Shown here one piece after another: positions 53,724-63,570 of a stretch of DNA of 64,000 nucleotides (positions within the stretch are counted from its first letter, which is position 1; every line of letters begins with the position of its first letter). Source of the DNA: Candidatus Latescibacterota bacterium. Lineage in GTDB: Bacteria; Latescibacterota; UBA2968; UBA8231. Location of the stretch: NCBI GenBank assembly GCA_965221775.1, contig CBDCSU010000005.1, forward strand, positions 896,001 to 960,000. Reading direction: 5' to 3'. The position numbers and the translations under genes were made by a program. The notes under the pieces are model-generated. The model was not told where the DNA came from and ran no database searches. It was given only the letters and a program-made list of their open reading frames with translations.

Positions 53724-54029
53724 CTACCGGGTCAGCCTCTCGATCTCGTGCTGCACCCGTTCCTCCCGGATCTGGTCGATCACCTCCTGGAAGGACTTCG
53801 CCGTACCGCTCACCACGAGCCTCTCGATGGCGTGGACCTCATCCTCGGTGTACCACCCCGAGTCCCTTACGCGCGCCACGTACGCGAGTCGGTCCTCGAT
53901 GGGGAGACGGGCGATGGCTCCCAGCCTCTCGAACAGCTTGTACGCCGCCTCGCTCTCGAGGCAGCGTTCGACGACGGCGGCGAGCCTCTCCTCGCGGCCG
54001 GGCGTCTGCGGGGTATCGATCGTTTCCAC
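53724..54029 (-). CDS. Hypothetical 101-aa helical protein
   Basis: GTG start after AGAGG; protein-like composition. Confidence 0.6.
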   Translation of the reverse strand: METIDTPQTPGREERLAAVVERCLESEAAYKLFERLGAIARLPIEDRLAYVARVRDSGWYTEDEVHAIERLVVSGTAKSFQEVIDQIREERVQHEIERLTR

Positions 54030-54311
54030 GGTCGTCCTCTCTTCGACAGGGGTCCGAAGGACTGGCTCCCTGGCTCCCATGCAATGCCCGGGCCGGACCG
54101 TGGAAAAGCCCGTGAGAGAGTGCCGCAAGTACCATATTTTACTGCCCCTTGGAGACACTTCCCCCGAGAGGGTATGGCAGGGCTCGAGGTGGGCCGGACC
54201 GGAACAATCCGGACCTCGAGGGGAAGGAATTTCCCCCCGGGGCCGGCTGTCCGGATCGCTGGCCCCCCGCTATCTTCTGGTGCCCCGAGCCCGGACCTGG
54301 AGCGGTGAGAG

Positions 54312-54599
54312 ATGATCGACAAGGAACTGCTGGAGATCCTCGCCTGTCCCGAGACGAAGGAGCCGATCCACGTGGCCGATCAGGCCCTGGTGGATGAGGT
54401 CAACGCCCGGATCGAACGCGGCGAGCTGACCAATCGGGGAGGATCGAAGGTCGAACGGAAGATCGACGGAGGCTTGGTGCGGGAGGACCGGAGGTACCTC
54501 TACCCGATCGAGGACGAGATCCCCATCATGCTGATCGACGAGGCGATCCCGCTCGAGGGGATCGAGCAGGGCCAGGGGGACGCTCCCGGCCAGCCCTGA
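54312..54599 (+). CDS. Trm112-family protein
   Basis: LLEILACPETK...YPIEDEIPIML.DEAI. Confidence 0.85.
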   Translation: MIDKELLEILACPETKEPIHVADQALVDEVNARIERGELTNRGGSKVERKIDGGLVREDRRYLYPIEDEIPIMLIDEAIPLEGIEQGQGDAPGQP

Positions 54600-54639
54600 C
54601 GCCGCCCCGTCCGGGCGGCTCCGATCCCTGCCGATGGAC

Positions 54640-54674
54640 GAAAGGCGCCCGCAGCTGATCTGCAGGCGCCTTTC
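54640..54674. terminator. Probable bidirectional intrinsic terminator
   Basis: GAAAGGCGCC-GCAG...CTGC-GGCGCCTTTC hairpin between the convergent Trm112 gene and the tRNA. Confidence 0.65.
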
Positions 54675-54681
54675 TCATGAG

Positions 54682-54766
54682 TGGTGCGGAAGCGGGGATT
54701 CGAACCCCGACGCCCGAAGGCACTGCCCCCTCAAGACAGCGTGTCTACCAATTTCACCACTTCCGC
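54682..54766 (-). tRNA. tRNA-Leu (GAG)
   Basis: GCGGAAG acceptor stem, anticodon loop TTGAGGG, long variable arm, GTTCGAATC T-loop and encoded CCA; follows secG. Confidence 0.95.
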
Positions 54767-54769
54767 AAG

Positions 54770-55135
54770 CTATTGTGGGAGGGCCGCATCCGACTCTTCC
54801 GGCTGATCCCCCTCCTGCGGCTGATAGGGGGTGGGAGCGACCGGCGCCGCCCCTTCCTCCGCCTGCAGCAGACGCTCGCTCGCCGTCGTCGGGAGTCCCT
54901 CGTCCTCGTCGTAGGCCACGGCCAGGGCGAGACACAGAAGCAGGAAGCCTGCGGCCAGGTAGGTCGTCGTCTTGGTGAGGAAGGTGCTCGCCGCCCGGCC
55001 CCCGAGGACGGAGGAGGAGCTCAGGCCGCCGCCCACGGATGCGGCCAGGCCGCCGCCCTTGCCGGACTGGAGCAGCACGGCGACGACCAGCAGAATGCAG
55101 ACGAGGATGTGGAGGATGGTCAGCAGGATGGTCAT
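54770..55135 (-). CDS. secG: Preprotein translocase subunit SecG
   Basis: VLLQSGKGGGL...FLTKTT; tpiA-secG-tRNA-Leu context. Confidence 0.93.
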   Translation of the reverse strand: MTILLTILHILVCILLVVAVLLQSGKGGGLAASVGGGLSSSSVLGGRAASTFLTKTTTYLAAGFLLLCLALAVAYDEDEGLPTTASERLLQAEEGAAPVAPTPYQPQEGDQPEESDAALPQ

Positions 55136-55150
55136 GGCTGGCTCTGCTTC

Positions 55151-55921
55151 TCAGGTAGCGGCGCGGACGATGGCGGCGAAATCTCCGGCCCGCAGGGAGG
55201 CGCCGCCGATCAAGCCTCCGTCGATGTCGGCCTGACCGAACAACTCGGCGGCATTCTCGGGCTTGACGCTGCCTCCGTAGAGGATGCGGACGGCGTCGGC
55301 CGCCTCGCCGAATCTCTCGCGCAGGCGGTCACGGATCAGAGCGTGAACGCTCTGGGCCTCCTCGGGGGTGGCGGTGCGGCCCGTGCCGATCGCCCAGACC
55401 GGCTCGTAGGCCACGGCGACCGGAAGCACTTCCTCGGCAGCAAGCCCGTCGAGGCCCCGGTCCAACTGGCCCAGCACGGTGCTCTCCGCCTGACCGGCGT
55501 CGCGCTGACCGAGGGTTTCGCCGATGCAGAAGATCGGCTTGAGACCGCTTGCGAGGGCAGCCCGTGTACGCTGGTTCACGCCCTCGTCGGTCTCTCCGAA
55601 CAGCTGCCGCCGCTCAGAATGGCCTAGTATAACCCATTGGCACGCAAGGGTCAACAGCATCCCGGGGGAGACCTCGCCGGTGTAGGCGCCGCTCTCCTCC
55701 CAGTGCGAGTTCTGGGCCCCCAGGCCGACCGCTCCGTCCTCCAGCACGGCGGCGACGGCCGCCAGGCCGGGGTACGGCGGGCACAGGACGACGTCGACGG
55801 AACCGGTCTCCTCGCGGATTTGCGGAAGCAGCTCGCGAGCCAGGGCGGCGCCCTCCTGCGGCAGCAGGTTCATCTTCCAGTTGGCGGCGACGAGAGGCCG
55901 TCTCGGCATCGACCGCGTCAT
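55151..55921 (-). CDS. tpiA: Triosephosphate isomerase
   Basis: NWKM, GHSERR, AYEPVWAIGTG and YGGSV. Confidence 0.97.
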   Translation of the reverse strand: MTRSMPRRPLVAANWKMNLLPQEGAALARELLPQIREETGSVDVVLCPPYPGLAAVAAVLEDGAVGLGAQNSHWEESGAYTGEVSPGMLLTLACQWVILGHSERRQLFGETDEGVNQRTRAALASGLKPIFCIGETLGQRDAGQAESTVLGQLDRGLDGLAAEEVLPVAVAYEPVWAIGTGRTATPEEAQSVHALIRDRLRERFGEAADAVRILYGGSVKPENAAELFGQADIDGGLIGGASLRAGDFAAIVRAAT

Positions 55922-57114
55922 CCCCCCTCGTCGAGGGCCTCGACCCCCGGCAGGACCCGGCCGCCCAGGGCTTCGAGGGAGGCCCCGCCGCCGGTGGAGA
56001 TGTGGGACATGCGCTTGGCGGCTCCGGCCTTGTCCACCGCCGCGGCGGTGTCGCCGCCGCCGATGATGCTCACCGCCCCCGACTCCCAGGTGACCTGCTC
56101 CAGGGCCTGGGCCACGGCCGTGGTGCCGGCGGCGAAGTCGTCGATCTCGAAGACGCCGAGGGGGCCGTTCCAGAGGATGGTCCCGGCCTGGCTGAGGTGC
56201 TCGATGAAGCGCTCCCGGGTCCGGGGCCCGATGTCGACGCCGGCGCGGTCTCCGGGGATGGCGTCGACAGGGACGGCCTCGTGCTCGGCCCCCGGGGCCA
56301 CCTTGCGGGCGACGACGATGTCCTCGGGCAGGATCAGCCTGTCGCCGGCCTTGGCCAGCAGGTCGGCGGCCACCGACACCGACTCCTCGTCACACAGGGA
56401 CTCGCCGATCTCCTGCCCGCGCGCCTTCAGGAAGGTGTAGGACATGCCGCCGCCGATGAGCAGGGCGTCGACCTTGCCGAGGAGGTTCTCGATCACCTCG
56501 ATCTTGTCCGCCACCTTGGCGCCGCCGAGGATGGCGACGAAGGGGCGCGCCGGTTCGGAGAGGGCCTCCTGCAGGTACCGGAGCTCCTTTTTCATCAGGT
56601 AGCCGGCGACACTGTGGTCCACGTGCCGGGTGATGCCCTCCGTCGAGGCGTGGGCGCGGTGGGCGGCTCCGAAGGCGTCGTTGACGTAGATGCCGTCGCC
56701 GAGGTCGGCCAGTTGCCGGGCGAAATCGCCGTCGTTGGCCTCCTCCCCGGGGTGGAAGCGCAGGTTCTCCAGAAGCAGCACGCTGCCCGGTCTCACCTCC
56801 GAGGCCAGGGCCGCCGTCTCTTCGCCGATGCAGTCGGGCGCCAGGTGCACGCTGGTGCCCAGATGCCGGTGCAGGTCCTGGGCGATCGGTTCCAGGGAGA
56901 GGCCGGACCGGACCTGGCCGCGGGGCCGGCCGAGGTGCGACATGAGCACCAGGGAGGAGCCCTTCTCGAGCAGCTGCCACAAGGAGGGCAGGGCGGCGAG
57001 GACCCGCCGGTCGTCGATGATCTGCCCGTCGCCGTCGAGAGGGACGTTGAAGTCCTCGCGCACCAGCACGCGCTTCCCCGCCACATCGATGTCGTCTATC
57101 GTCCGCTTGGCCAT
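55918..57114 (-). CDS. pgk: Phosphoglycerate kinase
   Basis: DFNVP, SHLGRP, LENLRF, WNGP.G and STGGGA. Confidence 0.97.
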   Translation of the reverse strand: MAKRTIDDIDVAGKRVLVREDFNVPLDGDGQIIDDRRVLAALPSLWQLLEKGSSLVLMSHLGRPRGQVRSGLSLEPIAQDLHRHLGTSVHLAPDCIGEETAALASEVRPGSVLLLENLRFHPGEEANDGDFARQLADLGDGIYVNDAFGAAHRAHASTEGITRHVDHSVAGYLMKKELRYLQEALSEPARPFVAILGGAKVADKIEVIENLLGKVDALLIGGGMSYTFLKARGQEIGESLCDEESVSVAADLLAKAGDRLILPEDIVVARKVAPGAEHEAVPVDAIPGDRAGVDIGPRTRERFIEHLSQAGTILWNGPLGVFEIDDFAAGTTAVAQALEQVTWESGAVSIIGGGDTAAAVDKAGAAKRMSHISTGGGASLEALGGRVLPGVEALDEGG

Positions 57115-57133
57115 GTCACATGGCTCCTTCCGG

Positions 57134-58171
57134 TCACCCGAAGAATACGCGCGAGATGTCGTACAGCTCCTGCCCCACCCTCTTCAGCTCACCGACCCCC
57201 TTCTCCAGAGGCAGAGTGACGATCTCGTCGCCCTGGAGTGCGACCATCCTGCCCCAGTCGCCGGCGCGAACCAGGTCGATGGCGGCGATGCCGTAGCGCG
57301 TACCGAGGACGCGGTCGAAAGCGGTGGGAGTCCCGCCGCGCTGCAGGTGCCCGAGGACGATGACGCGCGTCTCGAAGCCGGTCTCCTTCTCGATCACGTC
57401 CCCCACGAGCTGTCCGACGCCGCCCAGCTTGACATGGCCGAACTCGTCGGTACCCCCCTCCTGCACGGTGTACTCGCCGCCGCCGAACTTCACCCCTTCG
57501 GCGACGACGACGATGCTGAAGTCCTTGCCGCGGTCGTGGCGCATCTTGATGGTGTCGACCATCTCCTGTATCGACGTGCTCTGCTCCGGTATCAGGATCA
57601 GGTCGGCGCCCCCGGCGATGCCGGCGTAGGTGGCGATCCATCCCGAGTGCCGGCCCATCACCTCGACGACCATCACCCGGTTGTGGGACTCGGCCGTCGT
57701 GTGGATGCGATCCAGGGCTTCGGTGACGATGTTGATGGCCGTGTCGAAGCCGAAGGTGTAGTCGGTGTTGGAGATGTCGTTGTCGATCGTCTTGGGCACG
57801 CCCACCACGGGGGCGCCGGCGGCGGCCAGCTTGAGGGCCACGCTGAGGGTGTCGTCGCCGCCGATGGCGATCAGGGCGTCGAGCTTCATGCGCTTCATGT
57901 TCTCGAGGACGATGTCGCCGCCGTCGGGGACCTTGTAGGGGTTGGTTCGCGAGGTCCCCAGGATCGTGCCGCCCTTTGGCAGGATGCCGGAGACCTCCTC
58001 GTGGCCCAGGGGCTCCCACAGGCACTCCAGCATGCCCTTCCAGCCCTTCTCGACCCCGCGGAACCGGTATCCGTAGTGGGAGATCCCCTTGCGGACGGCC
58101 GCCCGGATGACCGCGTTCAGTCCCGGGCAGTCGCCGCCGCCGGTGAGGATGCCGACTGTCTTGATGGTCAT
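57134..58171 (-). CDS. pfkA: 6-phosphofructokinase, probably PPi-dependent
   Basis: GGGDCPGLN, GGDDT, PKTIDND, EVMGR and LGHLQRGG. Confidence 0.9.
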   Translation of the reverse strand: MTIKTVGILTGGGDCPGLNAVIRAAVRKGISHYGYRFRGVEKGWKGMLECLWEPLGHEEVSGILPKGGTILGTSRTNPYKVPDGGDIVLENMKRMKLDALIAIGGDDTLSVALKLAAAGAPVVGVPKTIDNDISNTDYTFGFDTAINIVTEALDRIHTTAESHNRVMVVEVMGRHSGWIATYAGIAGGADLILIPEQSTSIQEMVDTIKMRHDRGKDFSIVVVAEGVKFGGGEYTVQEGGTDEFGHVKLGGVGQLVGDVIEKETGFETRVIVLGHLQRGGTPTAFDRVLGTRYGIAAIDLVRAGDWGRMVALQGDEIVTLPLEKGVGELKRVGQELYDISRVFFG

Positions 58172-58296
58172 CTTCCTGGCCTGCGGAGGGGTTCCATCGG
58201 CAGATCGCGGCCCCGGAGGCCGGGAAGCGCGCGGCCCCGGCTCTCGGGGCCGCGGCCGCCGCCGGGGCAAATGCACAAAGCTAGGTTCCCCGGAGG

Positions 58297-59073
58297 TCAG
58301 GTCAACGACGGCCGGCGAAAGGGGCCCGCCACGGCGACCGCCCGGACCTCGGCACCGGGGGCGGCTTCGGCCAGGACGGCGGCGCAGGCGGACAAGGTCG
58401 AGCCCGTGGTGAGCACGTCGTCCACCAGGCCGATGATGCGCGGGGAGCCCGCCGCCGGACCCGCGGGGGCGAAGGCTCCGGCCAGGTTGCCGGCCCGGTC
58501 CGCGGCCTCCAGGCGCGCCTGCTGGCGGGTCGGCCGGACCCGGCGTACCAGGTCCCCGCGGACCGGCACGCCGAGGGCCTCGGCGGCCCCCCGGGCGATC
58601 AGATCGGCCTGGTTGAAGCCGCGCTCCCGCTGCCGCGCCGGGTGCAGGGGCACGGGTACCATCAGATCCAGGTCGGACAAGGCCCCGGCGGTCTCCGGGG
58701 CGGTCGCCAGCAGACGGCCGAGGAGGGGTCCGATCCTCCGGATCCCGCTGAACTTGAGAGCGTGGACGGCGGACTGGGCGGGACCCTCCAGGTCGGTGAG
58801 CACCACCGCCCGCGAGAAGTCCACCTCGCGCCAGCCGGCACAGTTCGGGCACTCCGGCCCGGAGGAGCCGCTCTCCTGCCGCGGCGAGGCTTGCGGGGCC
58901 CCGCAGCGCAGGCACCGCGGCCCGAGGGGCTCCTGGAGGTCGGCGATGCAGCCGCCGCAGAGGGCCTCGCGGTCCCCCGGGGCCTGCCACGACTCGCAGG
59001 CCGGACAGTGGGGGGGATAGACGAAATCGAGAAGGACGGCCAGGAGGCCGGAGATCCGGGTGCCGGGGGACAC
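58297..59073 (-). CDS. ComF family protein (zinc ribbons plus PRTase domain)
   Basis: Four CxxC pairs, VPVPLH..R..ERGFNQ and LVDDVLTTGST. Confidence 0.88.
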   Translation of the reverse strand: MSPGTRISGLLAVLLDFVYPPHCPACESWQAPGDREALCGGCIADLQEPLGPRCLRCGAPQASPRQESGSSGPECPNCAGWREVDFSRAVVLTDLEGPAQSAVHALKFSGIRRIGPLLGRLLATAPETAGALSDLDLMVPVPLHPARQRERGFNQADLIARGAAEALGVPVRGDLVRRVRPTRQQARLEAADRAGNLAGAFAPAGPAAGSPRIIGLVDDVLTTGSTLSACAAVLAEAAPGAEVRAVAVAGPFRRPSLT

Positions 59074-59382
59074 GTTTGCGGCTCCTGGAGGTGACGGTGG
59101 GATGGGGGCTCCCTGCCCCGAGGTAGACGGGCCCGCAAGAGCCGTGCCCGTCGCCGCGCCGGGCGCCGGGGACTTCCGCCCTGGCGGGTCGCCCCTGTCT
59201 CCCGGGTTCGCTATACTCCGCCGCCCGATGCCCCCAAGACCGCCGATGTCCGGGGCCGCCTTCCTCGGAACCACCTCCCGGAGAACCCCATCCACGGCTT
59301 CAGGGAACTTCCCACCGATTCCGACAGCCTGACCCTGATCGCCGCCCCGGAGGGCCGGCCGGGGGCGGACTTCGCAGGCGAC

Positions 59383-60312
59383 GTGCGCGCCGGGCTCACC
59401 GCCAGCCCCAAGCGGCTCCCCTGCCTCTATTTCTACGACGAGCGGGGATCGCGGCTCTTCGAGCGCATCTGCGAGCTGCCGGAGTACTACCTGACGCGGG
59501 CGGAGCGGTCCATCCTCGAGGCCCGTGCCGACGAGCTGGGCGCCCTCCTCGCGGGGCCGGTGGACCTGGTCGACCTGGGTTCCGGCAACTCCGGCAAGAC
59601 CCGCCTCGTCGTCGAGGCCCTGCTGCGCCGCCAGGGGCGGCTGCGCTTCATCCCCGTCGACATCTCCAGCTCCATGCTGCGGGAGAGCTCCCTGGCCCTG
59701 GTGGAGACCTACGCCGGCCTGGAGGTCCTGGCCGTGGCCGGCGAGTACCAGGACGGCCTCGACTACCTCGAGGCCGAGGGAGGTCCGCCGCGGCTCGTCC
59801 TGTGGCTGGGCTCCAACGTGGGCAACTTCACCCCGCGGGAGGCGGTGGGATTCCTGCGGCGCCTGGGCGGCGCCATGCGGCCCGGGGACGCGCTGCTCAT
59901 CGGCATCGACCTGCGCAAGGACCCGGCGGCCCTGGTGGCCGCTTACGACGACGCAGCGGGGGTGACGGCGCAGTTCAACCTGAACCTGCTGGCCCGCATC
60001 AACCGCGAGCTGGGAGGCCGCTTCGACCTCGACGCCTTCGCCCACGAGGCGCGCTGGAACGAGGCCGGGGGCCGCATGGAGATGCACCTGCGTTCCCTGC
60101 GCGGCCAGAGCGTGGAGATCGCCGACATCGGCCTGCGGGTCTCCTTCGCCGAGGGCGAGACGATCCACACCGAGAGCTCCTGCAAGTACTCCCTCGAAGG
60201 GATCGAGGAACTGGCGGCGGCTTCCGGCTTCGCCATCGAGAGGCAGTGGCTCGACGGCGGCAGCCGGTTCAGCCTCAGTCTGATGACCCGCGGCGGCGCA
60301 TCGGGCACCTGA
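59383..60312 (+). CDS. egtD: L-histidine N-alpha-methyltransferase (true start may be slightly upstream)
   Basis: GL...PK.LP..YFYD.RGS.LF..I..LPEYY.TR.E, LGSG, AYDD..GVTA.FN.N and IHTESS.KY. Confidence 0.9.
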   Translation: MRAGLTASPKRLPCLYFYDERGSRLFERICELPEYYLTRAERSILEARADELGALLAGPVDLVDLGSGNSGKTRLVVEALLRRQGRLRFIPVDISSSMLRESSLALVETYAGLEVLAVAGEYQDGLDYLEAEGGPPRLVLWLGSNVGNFTPREAVGFLRRLGGAMRPGDALLIGIDLRKDPAALVAAYDDAAGVTAQFNLNLLARINRELGGRFDLDAFAHEARWNEAGGRMEMHLRSLRGQSVEIADIGLRVSFAEGETIHTESSCKYSLEGIEELAAASGFAIERQWLDGGSRFSLSLMTRGGASGT

Positions 60313-60334
60313 GCGCGCTTCGGGGAGGGCGTCC

Positions 60335-61831
60335 TCAGTCGGCCACGGCCAGGGAGGCCCCCGAGGCCAGCCGCAGCCGCCGCCGCACCACCTGCGAGAT
60401 CGAGTCGATCCCCATGTTGAGCAGGGCCGTGAAGCCGATGAGGACCACCGCCTGGTCGAGCTTGTCCTCGGCGATGGCGCTGTCGATGAAGAACCCGAGG
60501 GTTGTGACCCCCAGGATCCCGAGGATCGCCGACTCCCGCATCATCACCTCCCAGCGGTAGAACAGGAAGGCCAGGAACTGCCCGTAGACCCGGGGCAGGA
60601 CCTCCCAGGCGTAGCGGTCGAGGGCGCGGCGCGGCGCGTCGAGCCTCAGGCGCATCACGTTCGCCGAGCCGGCGCCGAGGTAGGAGAGGATGGCGCCGTT
60701 GTGCAGCAGGATCGCCACCAGGGCGGGGAGCATCGACGGCCCCCACAGCTGCAGGAAGACGTAGGCGAGGAGGTACTCCGGCGTCGTGCGCCCGACGATC
60801 AGGCCGAAGTGCACCAGCCGCCGCACCGGGGCCGGGCTCACGTGGCGGCAGGCCACGCCGAGGAAGACGACGGCGAAGAGGCCGGTGGCCGCCAGCGCCG
60901 CCTGGGTGAGCAGGACCGTGTTCCACACCCCCGGCAGGGCCTGGTGGCGCACCAGCACGTCGAACCAGGACCACACCTGTTCGACGGGAAAGGCGATGTC
61001 GAGGCTGCCGTCCTGGAACCCCTCCCGGCGCATCGGCCAGGGCAGGATCTCCCAGGTCAGGAAGCGCTTCACGTTGACCCAGGAGAGGTGCACCTCGGGC
61101 GACACGGCCCACGCCGACAGGGCCGCGTAGAGGACCACCAGCCGCGGCCGGACCCAGTATCTCAGAGACGCGATGAGGAGGTAGAAGACGTAGAGCAAGG
61201 CCGCCGCCTCGCCGTAGAGGCCCTCCCGGAAGGCGGTCTCCAGGTGGAAGCCGAGGGTGGGCAGGCCGATGAAGCCGAGGACGGCGCTGGAGCGCAGGGC
61301 GCACTCCAGGCGGTAGGAGGTATAGGCCTTCAGGTTGGGCCAGATGGTGGGCAGGATCCCGTAGCAGAACCGGCTCACCGGACTCGAGCCCGGCGGCAGG
61401 GCCTGCATGGGGCGCCGGTCGGCCTCCTGCAGGATCTCGGCGTAGACCTTGGCGAAGACCCCGGCGTAGGGGATGGCGATGGCGAGCACGCCACAGACCG
61501 GGTTGAGCCCCACCATGGGCAGGAACAGGAAGGCCCAGAAGATCTCGTGGACGGCGCGCACGGCGGCGCAGCCGAGGCGCACCACCCGGTGCTCGAAGAC
61601 GAAGGCGAGCCCCGAACCGAGGAGCACGGCCAGGGAGAGGCCGCAGAAGGCGAAGGTGACGGTGTTGAGCAGGGCCTGGCCCATGGCCGGCAGGGCCCGC
61701 AGGTCGGGCCGCGCGAACCCCGAGAGCAGGCGCCCCAGCTCGCCCCAGGGGTCGAGGGTGACGATCTCGATGTCGGCCAGCGCCAGGCAGGCGAGGCCCA
61801 CCGCCAGGAACCACAGGCTCGCCTTCAGCAC
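60335..61831 (-). CDS. PhnE/PtxC-like ABC permease (duplicated TMD)
   Basis: Two PhnE-type halves: YRLECALRSSAVLG and YRWEVMMRESAILG. Confidence 0.85.
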   Translation of the reverse strand: MLKASLWFLAVGLACLALADIEIVTLDPWGELGRLLSGFARPDLRALPAMGQALLNTVTFAFCGLSLAVLLGSGLAFVFEHRVVRLGCAAVRAVHEIFWAFLFLPMVGLNPVCGVLAIAIPYAGVFAKVYAEILQEADRRPMQALPPGSSPVSRFCYGILPTIWPNLKAYTSYRLECALRSSAVLGFIGLPTLGFHLETAFREGLYGEAAALLYVFYLLIASLRYWVRPRLVVLYAALSAWAVSPEVHLSWVNVKRFLTWEILPWPMRREGFQDGSLDIAFPVEQVWSWFDVLVRHQALPGVWNTVLLTQAALAATGLFAVVFLGVACRHVSPAPVRRLVHFGLIVGRTTPEYLLAYVFLQLWGPSMLPALVAILLHNGAILSYLGAGSANVMRLRLDAPRRALDRYAWEVLPRVYGQFLAFLFYRWEVMMRESAILGILGVTTLGFFIDSAIAEDKLDQAVVLIGFTALLNMGIDSISQVVRRRLRLASGASLAVAD

Positions 61832-61841
61832 GGCGGACGGC

Positions 61842-62567
61842 TCAGGTCGATGGTTCGGCGCCCGCTTCGCCGCGGTACAGGGCCTCCAGCCGCGCCGCTC
61901 CGACGTCGGCGGAGCCCAGGTCGAAGGCGACCCGCCCCTCGCGCAGTCCCACGGCCCGGTCGAAGTGCCGCAGCGCCAGGTCGACGTCGTGCATGGCCAC
62001 CACCGCCGTCTCGCAGCCGGCCTTGAGCAGCTCGAGGACGTCGCCGGCCTGGTGGGGATCGACCGCCGAGACCGGCTCGTCGGCGAGGACGACGGCGCCC
62101 CCCTGGTAGAGGGCGCGGCCCACGGCGACCCGCTGCTGCTGGCCGCCGGAGAGCTGGCTCACCGCCTCGAAGAGCTTGTCCTCCAGGCCGAGGTCGCGGA
62201 AGAGGGGGCGCAGCTCCTCCACCACCCGCCGCCGGGGCCGCGCCAGGTCCACGAGATTGGCCAGGGTCGAGTTGCGGTCCAGCCGGCCCGCGTAGACGTT
62301 GTGGAACGCCGACAGCTGCGGCACCAGGGCGTAGTCCTGGTGCACGCAGGCGCAGTCGGCCGGCCGGCGGGCCTGGAGCAGCCGCAGCAGCGTCGTCTTG
62401 CCGGCGCCGCTGGGTCCTATGACGACCACCTTCTCGCCGCGGTCTACCCGCAGGTCGACGCCGCGCAGGGCCTCGGTGGCCCCGGCGCGGACGTGCTCGT
62501 CCCGCAGGTCGAAGAGCTCTCCGGCCGCCGGAGGGCCCTGGGCGGCCGCGGCGGGCATGGAGGCCAA
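61842..62567 (-). CDS. PhnC-like ABC ATPase
   Basis: GPSGAGKT, LSGGQQQR, ADEP and MHD. Confidence 0.88.
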   Translation of the reverse strand: MASMPAAAAQGPPAAGELFDLRDEHVRAGATEALRGVDLRVDRGEKVVVIGPSGAGKTTLLRLLQARRPADCACVHQDYALVPQLSAFHNVYAGRLDRNSTLANLVDLARPRRRVVEELRPLFRDLGLEDKLFEAVSQLSGGQQQRVAVGRALYQGGAVVLADEPVSAVDPHQAGDVLELLKAGCETAVVAMHDVDLALRHFDRAVGLREGRVAFDLGSADVGAARLEALYRGEAGAEPST

Positions 62568-63476
62568 TCAGTCCTCGAGGATGCCGATGGTCCTGCCGGT
62601 CTCGAGGATCGGCGCGTACATGGAGTTGTCGGCGGCGATGAAGGCCGCGCGCGGGAAGGAGTCGAGCAGGTCCCGGTCCTCCATGCCGAGCAGGGCCTGG
62701 CGGACGCGGTCGGTGAAGCCTTCCCCGTAGCGGGCGTCCACGTCGCCGCGGATCGACCAGTTGTAGTCGGGGTAGGTCGGCGTGCGCCAGATGACGCGCA
62801 CCTTGCTGGTGTCGACGATCCCGGCGGCGATCTCCTTCTCCCAGACCTTGTAGTTCAGAGCGCCCGCCTGGTAGGCCCCGGACTGCACCAGGGCCAGGGT
62901 CTTGGAGTGGTCGCCGCTGAAGCCGACGCGCTCGAAGACCTCGGCCGGGGGCTTGCCGAAGTGCCGGCGGATGAAGTACTCCGGCATCAGCCGGCCCGAG
63001 GTCGATCCCTTGGAGCCGAAGGTGAAGGTCTTGCCCGAGATGCCGGCGGGGAAGGCCGCCTCGGCATCCTCGCCGCTGCAGGTGCAGGCCTTCTTCTCCC
63101 GCAGGCCGGTGCTGGCGTGGGCGATGAAGTAGGTGACGAACTCCACGTCTTCCTCGCCCTGGGCGATCGCCTGCGAGCCGGGCACGCCGCGGCGCGCCTG
63201 CACGCCGGAGAGGCCTCCGAACCAGGCCAGCTGGACCTCGCCGTTCTTGAAGGCCGAGACCGAGGCGGCGTAGGACTTGACCGGCACGTACTCCACGGAG
63301 ACGCCGAGCGTCGAGCCCAGGTACACGGCGACCTTGTCGAATCGCTCCTTGAGTCTCGCCGTGTCCTGGTCGGGGATCGCGGTGAAGCGGAAGAGACTCT
63401 CGGCGGCGCCCGCCGGGATCGCGAGGGAAAGCAGGGTCAGGGAAAGCACGGTGAGGGACGGAATCGAGCGTATCAT
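62568..63476 (-). CDS. PhnD-like substrate-binding protein (putative selenate ABC transporter family)
   Basis: Signal peptide; FTAIPDQD, AWFGGLSGVQAR, GSTSGRLMP, FSGDH and YPDYNW; downstream of selD. Confidence 0.82.
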   Translation of the reverse strand: MIRSIPSLTVLSLTLLSLAIPAGAAESLFRFTAIPDQDTARLKERFDKVAVYLGSTLGVSVEYVPVKSYAASVSAFKNGEVQLAWFGGLSGVQARRGVPGSQAIAQGEEDVEFVTYFIAHASTGLREKKACTCSGEDAEAAFPAGISGKTFTFGSKGSTSGRLMPEYFIRRHFGKPPAEVFERVGFSGDHSKTLALVQSGAYQAGALNYKVWEKEIAAGIVDTSKVRVIWRTPTYPDYNWSIRGDVDARYGEGFTDRVRQALLGMEDRDLLDSFPRAAFIAADNSMYAPILETGRTIGILED

Positions 63477-63570
63477 GCTTTGCTGCGCTCCTCTCTCAGT
63501 GGACGTGGATGATGGACGATGGACGAGGGTGCCGCCGCGGCGGCGCCCGGAGCGGGAAGATCCGGAGCCT

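Noticed and set aside
54682-54766. tRNA-Leu as an integration site
   Set aside because: No integrase nearby and no duplicated tRNA 3' end noticed in the window.
63500-63527. TGGA(C/T)GA-like short repeats between selD and the SBP gene
   Set aside because: Short and degenerate; no recognisable riboswitch or SECIS structure.
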